Positions 25,182 to 32,440 of a stretch of 32,440 nucleotides of DNA are shown in pieces. The notes under the pieces are model-generated. The model was given only the letters and a program-made list of their open reading frames with translations, had not been told where the DNA came from and did not search any database. Source of the DNA: a virus (Duplodnaviria > Caudoviricetes); the IMG/VR virus record IMGVR_UViG_3300042294_003038, positions 1 through 32,440 of that record. The stretch is one strand, 5' to 3'. The translations under genes were made by a program, and so were the position numbers. The stretch's first letter is position 1, and each line of letters begins with the position of its first letter.

Positions 25182-28100
25182 TATTTCATCAGTTTTTTTA
25201 CGGATTTGTTCAAGTCTGCTTTTTTATCTTCTTCGTCTTTCCTTTGCCTTTTTTCGGCTGCGGTTTCTTCGGGAAATTCGTTCTTGTACTTTTTTTGGAA
25301 GTCTTTTGTAGCTTCTTTTCTTGCAAGTAGTTTTGCCGTAGAAATCAGTTCTACCTTTTGCTTTTTAGTACCTGATTCGTATTCGGACATTTTCTTTGCC
25401 TTATCAGTTATAACTTTTGTTTCGGCCTCAATCATTACTTGCAACTTTTCTTGCATTTCCTTGGATAGCTTGTACTCTTTTGCGCCTACTTTTATTTTGT
25501 CGGGGGCTTCGATAGCCCTTTCCCCGTATCTTTCTGTACCTACTCCAAATACCGAAGGCACACCAATAGTAATTGCGGCAACCGCCCCTTCCGCCTTAGC
25601 GACTTCGTAAACTTGCTGCCAAAGTAAAGGCGTAACGCTACTTATTATTTCATCTTTAAAAGTAACTTTTTCGCCTACTGAATTTCTACCACTTGTTAAA
25701 TCCCAAATTGAAGAAGGAATAGGCGCAAGTTTATTTCTTACAAACCTTGTCAATAATTTACCCCTTGTTTCTCCATAAGGGGCATCTTCTTTCAATTCAG
25801 TTATTTCATCAGTAGTTGGTGATTTTTTTTCGCCTGAAAAATACTGTACCATTGTCCTTACATACTGCTGAAATCCACCCCAAATATCCCACCTTTTTTC
25901 CCCTTGCCTAATCTTCATAAAGTCGCTGCTACGGGGGTCGGTTTCTACCCAAATATCATCTTCTTCATCCCCGCCACCCGCTAAGTAAATCATACCTATT
26001 ACAGTAAGTCCCGTAGCAATAAATGATGCCATATCCTTTACATAGATTTTCCTAACATCACTTGGCATCTTGTAAATATAGTATGGGTTCATAAGCGACA
26101 GCCTTGATGCAATTAACCTTGGCGAAAAGAATAACGCATTAGAAAACTTCGCAATCTCTTCTGCTTTGCCCATATTGCCCCTGCCTGTTACATTGTTCAC
26201 ATACTTGGCAATTGCTTTGTATGTGTCGGGGCTATTGTCATAGGTCTTGCCTTTTTGTTCCAATGCGGCTGCGTACTTGTTAAATAAGTCAACACGCATT
26301 TTGTTAAGATACATTACATACGCCCGTTCCGAACCTTGTACAAAGCCAAAGTTTTTATTGCCAAAAAGTTTTTCCCCAATAAAGCCTTCTACCTTTTCAA
26401 CGTAACCACTCATAAATGCTTCTTCTCTTGCACGAAGGAATGGGCTATTTGGGTCGGCTATTGATAGCCCCGCTTCTTTCATTATTTCGTAGTTCGGGTC
26501 ATTTTCAAGGTCAAAGAACCATTCGTCCATATAACCTTTATTAAAGGCCGCCTTAAACATGGAACCGAAACCCTTAAATGCCAAAGTTGGATTCCCAATA
26601 GTAGCAATAACCGCTTGCCTTAAAGGTGCGGAAAAGTCCATTGAAGCCATAAGCGTTCTTGGTATGTTGGCGACTTTCAGCAACTTTTCACCTACCTTTT
26701 GCCCGATACCCATTTTCTCATAGGCTTCCCGCAATAGCCTTACTTCCCTTTCGGTTTTAAGGTCAACTAACTTGCGCTTCAACTCCCTTGCTTCCTTATC
26801 CAATGTAACCGTTAATTTCTTTGGCGGGGCTGCGAAGTTGCCGCTGTCTAAATCACGTTGTAGTTTGTCAATATTTCTTTGTACTTGTTTTTTATATTCG
26901 GGCAACTGATTGTTTGGGTGCGCTTTAATTTGTTTCCGTAATTCAGTAAGTTTTCGATTGCGTTCTACTTTTTTACTTTCATTTTTAGGCACTTCCCCGT
27001 TTTCTAATGCTTGTAATTGCCCAATCAATTTTGCTTCCGCCCTTAAATCATATAGTAATTTTTGTATTTCGTTCCTTGTTTTTTTGTTGCCCGTTTTGTA
27101 TTCGCCCGCTATCAATGCTATGGCATCTTCTTCGGTAATGCCTGGCACTTCATTTTCTAAGTCAGTTTTCAGCCGCTTTGCTATTTCAGATAATTCAAAA
27201 ATACCTTCTTCAATGTAGTTGCTTACAAGTGCGGGGACTTCGGGGGCAATGGCTATCAATTCCCTCATAAAAGGAACAATATCTGCTTGCTGTATGCTTA
27301 CTTGTTCCCCGTCAACTTCAAAAGTCTTGCCTTCTTTTGCTTTTTTAATTCTATCCTTCATCCGCTGCAATATTTCATCACGTTCTTTGCGAATGTTTTC
27401 TTTGGTACGGGGCGTTTTTGGCTTGTTCTTTTTCTTTGATGAAAGATTTTCTTCTGCGGCCTTGGCTATGGCTTCGGCTTCCAATGCTTTAAACTTGGCT
27501 TCCCATTCTTGGCTTGCCTTTTGCAGTGCTTCAAATTCTTTTTTGTTTTGTTCAAATTGTGCGGGGGTTAATTCGTCAACCCCGCTTTCTTCTTTTTGCC
27601 GTACTAAGAAATCAGGAAGCGTTGGTTCGGGATTAACAGGAAGTTGCCTTGCCCTTAATGCCCTTGCTGCAAATTTACCCGTAGATTCAAGTGCTTTTAA
27701 TGCTCTTTCATAAGCGTTGATATTCGCATTAGTTGGGCTTTTAGTTGCTATATCATTAAGATATATTTTGTACTTACCTAACGCAAGTTGTTCGGCATCT
27801 GAAAGTATTTTTTCACCACTTAAAACTTTGTCAATATTCTTTTCAAAATTCCACCCGCTTTCTATCAATGCGTTTGCTTCCGCTTCCAATTCTTCGTCAG
27901 GTTTTGATACTGTACTTTCTCTTAGCGGCAGCCCTGCTTCAATCCTATCCTTTTCGGTTTCAGCATAGGAAATACCCCGCACCCCTTCATTTTCTGAATC
28001 CGTCAATGGATTTGACACGGGCGGCTTAGGCGGAAAATCTTGTTTAACTTGTTCGGGTGTCAGCATCCGCCCGTACACCGACCGCATAGCGTCATTTAAT

Positions 28101-31100
28101 TGAACGTCTATTGGGCTTTCGCTTAATGACTTGTATATTTCAAGTAGCCAATTTTTGAACTTGTCGAAAAGGCTTTGCAGTTCGGGTGTTGGGGCTTTGC
28201 CGTCACGAAGATAGCGTTCAAACCCCCTTGCGAATAGTTCTTGTGCCTTAGTGTAAGCGGCTTCATCGGTGCGCAAATCTGCGGGATTTACCCCCGCTTG
28301 TTCGGCAAATACTTTTACATCGGCTGCGGCTTGTGCGTTACCGTTTTCGGCTGCGGAAATCAGCGTATCAAAATAGCCGTGCGCCATTTCGTGCAGTGGC
28401 GTTGTAACATTAGGGTTGGTCATTGCATAGACTACCCTATTGGCGGCTTGCATTACTATTGCGCCTTGTGCGCCTAATCCCTTGTTTTGGAATAGGGGCA
28501 TACCCTGTGTTACTTCCGCTATTATGTCGGGGGTTATGTCTATGGAGTGTTGGGTGGAAGTATCTGATTTTATTTTTGCCACAAAAGCCTCAGCATCGCT
28601 TTCTTTTTCAAATTCGTACCTTTCACCTTTGTATTCAATAATATCATTACCATCGCTATCAGTTGTCCATTGATAATCTGCATATTTTTCGCCAATAGAT
28701 ATTTCCACCGTTTTCGGTGTCTGCTTAAACAGCGATTCCGCCACCTTACCTACTATACCTAATGTTCCTTCTGTGGGGCTTCCGTAGAAGCCTTTCATGC
28801 CCTTGCCGCCCGCCTTTAAATTATCGCCTTCTATATTTGTGTATTGTCTTTCGTTTGAAACTATTTTCTGCGCTATGTCTTTCCCAAATACATCTTCTAT
28901 TCTTTTTGCATCTATACCATTTTCTGAAAAAATATCTTGCCTATCCTTGGTAGCCGTTACTTGGTAAGTCCCGTCAGCCTTTCTAACAGATTCTATTTTG
29001 TCAACTTGTTTTGATAGGTCATATCGCTCATTCTGTTGTTCTCCCGTAGTCCAACTTATTTTACTAAGTCCATTATTTACGGCATACCTTGCCATAACCT
29101 TTAGTCCTATTTTTACCCAATTGGCGGTTTCTATACTGAAAGGGTCTGCGGGTAATCCGTTATCATTAAACCTATCACCTACCTTTAAAAGTTCGTCATG
29201 TTTCTTGTCTAACGCTTTTACAAGTTCATCAGTAGGGTTGTCTTTAATGTAATAATAAAGGTTGTGTTTTGCTATGTTAGTTTTTTCTACTAACTTATCT
29301 TCTATTGCCTTTATCTCATTCCTTATTTTTTCTGCATCATTATTTTTGAAGCCTACTTTCCGCCCCTCTTGTCCTTTGTCACCTTGAAATTCCTCTACAA
29401 AAAGGATTTTGTTGCCTTCGGCATCTACCCTTTGATTTGCCCTTATGCGTACTATTTGTCGGGTATCTACAAATACATCACCGCTTGAATGTGCTGACGG
29501 AACACGCCAATCAGCCACCTTACCCATAGCACCTTCTTTCGGCAATACTAAATACAATTCTACATAATTGGATTTATCTCCTTCTAATTGGTATTGCTTA
29601 AATTTAGTAATTCTTGAATTTGGGACATTATAATCAATGTCTGCGCTCATATAGTCGGCAACTGATTCGATAGATGTATTAACCTGCTCTATCGTATTTA
29701 TATCTTTTGTTTCTTCTGTTGTTACTTCCGGCCTATTTGCTCTGTAAACTATGTCATTATCGTTATACCCAACAATATCCCATAATTCTTGACCATATTT
29801 AGATATGTATTGTTTTTTATTTAAAACTTCAAAAGTAACACCTAACTTTTCAAGGTCAGATTTACTCATTCTACTTACATCATCCTTCACCACTTCTACT
29901 ACTTCTATTCTATTGTCCCGCATCCACGCCAACACATCGGCTTTTGATACTTGTTCGTTGGGCTTTTTGGTATCAAGCCACTCCGCTACACCCGTAAACT
30001 TAGCTTCTTCTTTTGTGCCTACTATTTCTTTCCACTTAGTTGCGGAAGCGGTCGGCTGCTTAAATTCAAGTATGCGCTTTTCTATCGGGCTGTAAAATCC
30101 GTTCACTACCGCCAATCCTTCGGGCAGCGGCTTTACCGTTAATTCTTTTCCATTAACGCTAATTTTCTTTTCGGGTAGTTCCTGCTGATTTTGGAAAAGT
30201 ATGCGCTCTTCTATTGTTACAGCGTTTTCATCAAATACTACATAATTAAAACCACGGGCGGTATCGGTTGTTGCGCCCCTTGCTATGCTTTCTGCGGGGT
30301 ACTTTACTCCGTCTATGCCCAAGTCTAATAGAAACAATGAAGCATCTTTATCCATTTTTTTATTAGAACTAAAATCAGCCCTATCTCCTTCCCACTTCCA
30401 ATATTGCTTGGAAATATATTCGTATAAGTCTTTTCCGTTTTCAACTAATACTGCTTTCTTATTTTCTTCGGCAATTTCATCGTTATCGGTAAAAAACCTA
30501 CCATCATTCCAACCGTCAAATTCATCTAATTGTCGGTTTATTTTGTCTAATTGTTTTTTCGGCACGGGCTTATCCCATACAAGCCAATCGTATTCTGCGG
30601 GTGTTTTGCCTTTATGTAGGGTTACTTTGTATAGGTTTTTATTAATTACTGGATTTATGGTTTTTGCGTTTTTTATTTTATCATAAACTTTCTTCCATAT
30701 TTCTTTTTCTGAATATCTCATTCTTTCTTCAACGAAAGAAAGTGATTTACTTTTATTGTAAGTGTTATCAATTTTATTATGCCCTTTCCTAAGTGCTTGC
30801 AATAAATATGCTGTATCTATTATATCGAAATCTGTATTTTCAAAATCCTTTACATCCAACTTGTCAACTTCCCATTTTTCTTGATATAGTTTTTCTGCAT
30901 AATTCTTGGCAATACTTTCTAAATCAGTAAAGTACAAACCCCACCCAAATGCTTGCGCCCCTTCGCCCGTACCCATCTTTTCTGTGGTGAATCGGTCAAA
31001 TGAGTACGGGCTTCCGTGCCACGCTTCCGCTTGATAGAGTATATTACCTGTATTGGGGGAGAAGGTTCCGACATTGGCGGTGGCGGATTTGATTTGGGTT

Positions 31101-32440
31101 GGCTGAAAAGCAATGTAAACTTTATGCTTGCCGCCGCCGCCGGGGTTATATTTGTCAATGTGTGTTATTGAATCAAACCCTGATTCGGACAATATTTCAT
31201 TTGCTGTGGTTTTAAACTCAAATATTGCGCTTTCGCCACCAAAAAGTTGACTTTCAACTTTCCAATCGTAATATTCAGGTAGGCTTTTCCAAATAGCTTC
31301 ATATAGGTCACGACCTCTAATGCTACCCGTTCTACCCGCTGCTATTGATTGTTCATGTTCGGAAACAGCCCTTTCAAGGTCTTTTTCCTTTTGTTCTATC
31401 CTTTTGTCGTAGCGACTTAATTCTCTCTCATAGTCTTTTTTGTAATCTACATCTTCGTAGCCATCATCGTAATCATTAGGGTCTATTTCTTCGTCTGAAT
31501 TTGCCTCAAACTCCCTTTTTTGATTGTAAGCATCGTCTATTTCTTCATCGTAATAGGTGCTGTCAAATTGTGCTTCATCAATGATTTCTTTAATTTCTTT
31601 CCTGTTTTTAATGTCGCTTGGCGCATTTTTAATAATATCCATAGCCACATCATAAGGGATAAACGCATCTAAATCAAACGGTTTTTTCGATTTGATAAAA
31701 AGCGGATAAACACCCCCTGTACCTTCGAATTGTTTATTGCCCCAACTCGCCCCCGCCTTAGCGTAACCACTTGCAGCAACGGGGCTTACCGATGTATATA
31801 CGCCTTTGCCAAAAGCAAGAGTTTCATCCGATGAAAATTCAAAAGAAAATTCATCAAAGCCCGGATTGGGGGTTCCCGTATAAACCACTATCGGTTCGCC
31901 ATTTTCGTCAACTACATTACTATCCTTAAACCAATTTTTAAACCGCTTAGTCCGTACTGTAACGTACTGCGCTTCATTCAAATTTGTCGGCTTACCGTTT
32001 GGTGCTTTCATCCATGTACCATCAGCCTTTGCTTTGCGTTCTATTTCGGCACGTTCTGCGGCTATTTCTGCGGCTACTTCGGGGCGTAGTTTGCCGTTTT
32101 CATCAAAGTCGGACGGTTCTGCGAATTGCTGATACAACGCTTCATTCATTGCGCCTTCCGCTTGTGCAAACGCATACCGCTGATACTGTTCGGCCACCGA
32201 AATACCGTTCAATTTCGCCTCGGCTGCGATTAACAAGTGGGCAATTTCTGCTGTTGCTTCGGCCTTTTCTTCGTTCAAGCCGAACACGCTTTCCATAACT
32301 TTCGCCAATTCTTGCTTGGTCTTGGCTACGAATTTCTTCCCTTTTGCGCCCGCTGCTTGCATCCCTTTTATTGCCTTTTGCAACGGTGTCAAAGTAGGGG
32401 ATAGTATTGCGGCAACCCGCTTTTCAGTTTCGGCACGTAG
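25181..32440 (-). CDS. large polyvalent (internal virion/ejection-type) protein, >2400 aa, 5'-truncated: two ADP-ribosyltransferase-like domains, an unknown enzyme-like module, a zincin HExxH domain, coiled coils and a helical C-terminus
   Basis: Frame stays open to the window edge. ART-PolyVal-like FKNWF..VVDENGEP..GVYTS..ASGYA..AFQPTQIKSAT. Second ART-like WHGS..GEGAQAFGWGLYFT..NYVVFD. HEMAH (28379-28393) followed by QELFARGFERYL. Confidence 0.85.
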   Translation of the reverse strand, partial: LRAETEKRVAAILSPTLTPLQKAIKGMQAAGAKGKKFVAKTKQELAKVMESVFGLNEEKAEATAEIAHLLIAAEAKLNGISVAEQYQRYAFAQAEGAMNEALYQQFAEPSDFDENGKLRPEVAAEIAAERAEIERKAKADGTWMKAPNGKPTNLNEAQYVTVRTKRFKNWFKDSNVVDENGEPIVVYTGTPNPGFDEFSFEFSSDETLAFGKGVYTSVSPVAASGYAKAGASWGNKQFEGTGGVYPLFIKSKKPFDLDAFIPYDVAMDIIKNAPSDIKNRKEIKEIIDEAQFDSTYYDEEIDDAYNQKREFEANSDEEIDPNDYDDGYEDVDYKKDYERELSRYDKRIEQKEKDLERAVSEHEQSIAAGRTGSIRGRDLYEAIWKSLPEYYDWKVESQLFGGESAIFEFKTTANEILSESGFDSITHIDKYNPGGGGKHKVYIAFQPTQIKSATANVGTFSPNTGNILYQAEAWHGSPYSFDRFTTEKMGTGEGAQAFGWGLYFTDLESIAKNYAEKLYQEKWEVDKLDVKDFENTDFDIIDTAYLLQALRKGHNKIDNTYNKSKSLSFVEERMRYSEKEIWKKVYDKIKNAKTINPVINKNLYKVTLHKGKTPAEYDWLVWDKPVPKKQLDKINRQLDEFDGWNDGRFFTDNDEIAEENKKAVLVENGKDLYEYISKQYWKWEGDRADFSSNKKMDKDASLFLLDLGIDGVKYPAESIARGATTDTARGFNYVVFDENAVTIEERILFQNQQELPEKKISVNGKELTVKPLPEGLAVVNGFYSPIEKRILEFKQPTASATKWKEIVGTKEEAKFTGVAEWLDTKKPNEQVSKADVLAWMRDNRIEVVEVVKDDVSRMSKSDLEKLGVTFEVLNKKQYISKYGQELWDIVGYNDNDIVYRANRPEVTTEETKDINTIEQVNTSIESVADYMSADIDYNVPNSRITKFKQYQLEGDKSNYVELYLVLPKEGAMGKVADWRVPSAHSSGDVFVDTRQIVRIRANQRVDAEGNKILFVEEFQGDKGQEGRKVGFKNNDAEKIRNEIKAIEDKLVEKTNIAKHNLYYYIKDNPTDELVKALDKKHDELLKVGDRFNDNGLPADPFSIETANWVKIGLKVMARYAVNNGLSKISWTTGEQQNERYDLSKQVDKIESVRKADGTYQVTATKDRQDIFSENGIDAKRIEDVFGKDIAQKIVSNERQYTNIEGDNLKAGGKGMKGFYGSPTEGTLGIVGKVAESLFKQTPKTVEISIGEKYADYQWTTDSDGNDIIEYKGERYEFEKESDAEAFVAKIKSDTSTQHSIDITPDIIAEVTQGMPLFQNKGLGAQGAIVMQAANRVVYAMTNPNVTTPLHEMAHGYFDTLISAAENGNAQAAADVKVFAEQAGVNPADLRTDEAAYTKAQELFARGFERYLRDGKAPTPELQSLFDKFKNWLLEIYKSLSESPIDVQLNDAMRSVYGRMLTPEQVKQDFPPKPPVSNPLTDSENEGVRGISYAETEKDRIEAGLPLRESTVSKPDEELEAEANALIESGWNFEKNIDKVLSGEKILSDAEQLALGKYKIYLNDIATKSPTNANINAYERALKALESTGKFAARALRARQLPVNPEPTLPDFLVRQKEESGVDELTPAQFEQNKKEFEALQKASQEWEAKFKALEAEAIAKAAEENLSSKKKNKPKTPRTKENIRKERDEILQRMKDRIKKAKEGKTFEVDGEQVSIQQADIVPFMRELIAIAPEVPALVSNYIEEGIFELSEIAKRLKTDLENEVPGITEEDAIALIAGEYKTGNKKTRNEIQKLLYDLRAEAKLIGQLQALENGEVPKNESKKVERNRKLTELRKQIKAHPNNQLPEYKKQVQRNIDKLQRDLDSGNFAAPPKKLTVTLDKEARELKRKLVDLKTEREVRLLREAYEKMGIGQKVGEKLLKVANIPRTLMASMDFSAPLRQAVIATIGNPTLAFKGFGSMFKAAFNKGYMDEWFFDLENDPNYEIMKEAGLSIADPNSPFLRAREEAFMSGYVEKVEGFIGEKLFGNKNFGFVQGSERAYVMYLNKMRVDLFNKYAAALEQKGKTYDNSPDTYKAIAKYVNNVTGRGNMGKAEEIAKFSNALFFSPRLIASRLSLMNPYYIYKMPSDVRKIYVKDMASFIATGLTVIGMIYLAGGGDEEDDIWVETDPRSSDFMKIRQGEKRWDIWGGFQQYVRTMVQYFSGEKKSPTTDEITELKEDAPYGETRGKLLTRFVRNKLAPIPSSIWDLTSGRNSVGEKVTFKDEIISSVTPLLWQQVYEVAKAEGAVAAITIGVPSVFGVGTERYGERAIEAPDKIKVGAKEYKLSKEMQEKLQVMIEAETKVITDKAKKMSEYESGTKKQKVELISTAKLLARKEATKDFQKKYKNEFPEETAAEKRQRKDEEDKKADLNKSVKKLMK

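Larger units (their letters stand above)
1..32440. mobile_element. Tailed bacteriophage genome fragment, probable Bacteroidota host
   Basis: TerL-portal-scaffold-MCP module, fibre-like protein, holin-like genes and dense small ORFs. No recognisable host housekeeping genes. No integrase seen, so lytic phage versus prophage is unresolved. Confidence 0.93.

Noticed and set aside
11093-32298. Many + strand ORFs and nested - strand ORFs in the right arm (e.g. 13601-14056, 20188-20760, 25020-25610, 27219-27713)
   Set aside because: They are antisense or out-of-frame shadows of well-supported genes and have no motifs.
32390-32392. TTG start of the 2403-aa ORF
   Set aside because: The frame stays open to position 32440, so the real start is probably outside the window.
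1-32440. Stop-codon reassignment as in some crAss-like phages
   Set aside because: Large genes are intact in code 11, and TAG and TGA end tightly packed genes (TerL ends in TAG 2 nt before the portal ATG; many ATGA overlaps).
1-32440. tRNA/rRNA genes, integrase, att sites
   Set aside because: None recognisable; intergenic gaps are short and I saw no cloverleaf or T-loop motifs.

Overview
The whole window is a fragment of a tailed-phage genome, probably from a Bacteroidota-infecting podovirus-type phage of the broad crAss-like/Cellulophaga phi38:1-like grouping. That placement is inferred from a ~800-aa portal, a 713-aa TerL, SD-less A-rich leaders, a TTTG-N20-TAnnTTTG promoter and signal peptides followed by Gln. 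There are two convergent arms. The + arm (1-10.5 kb) has about 33 short, mostly unknown early genes, an HTH-like regulator and a PD-(D/E)XK exonuclease. The - arm (10.5-32.4 kb) has a >2400-aa polyvalent protein cut by the window edge, a putative TerS, TerL, portal, scaffold, major capsid, structural proteins, two signal-peptide proteins (one a fibre/adhesin) and a holin-like cluster with a DUF1508/YegP gene. Best leads: (1) an integron-cassette-like unit at 8112-8604 with an attC-like hairpin and complementary cassette ends, but no integrase in the window; (2) three tandem modules in the giant protein, each ending in L[YF]Q; (3) Sec signal peptides on tail-fibre-like proteins; (4) a chain of shared hairpin/leader repeats separating single small genes at 4.45-5.22 kb. 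All protein calls come from motif recognition by eye; no searches were run.
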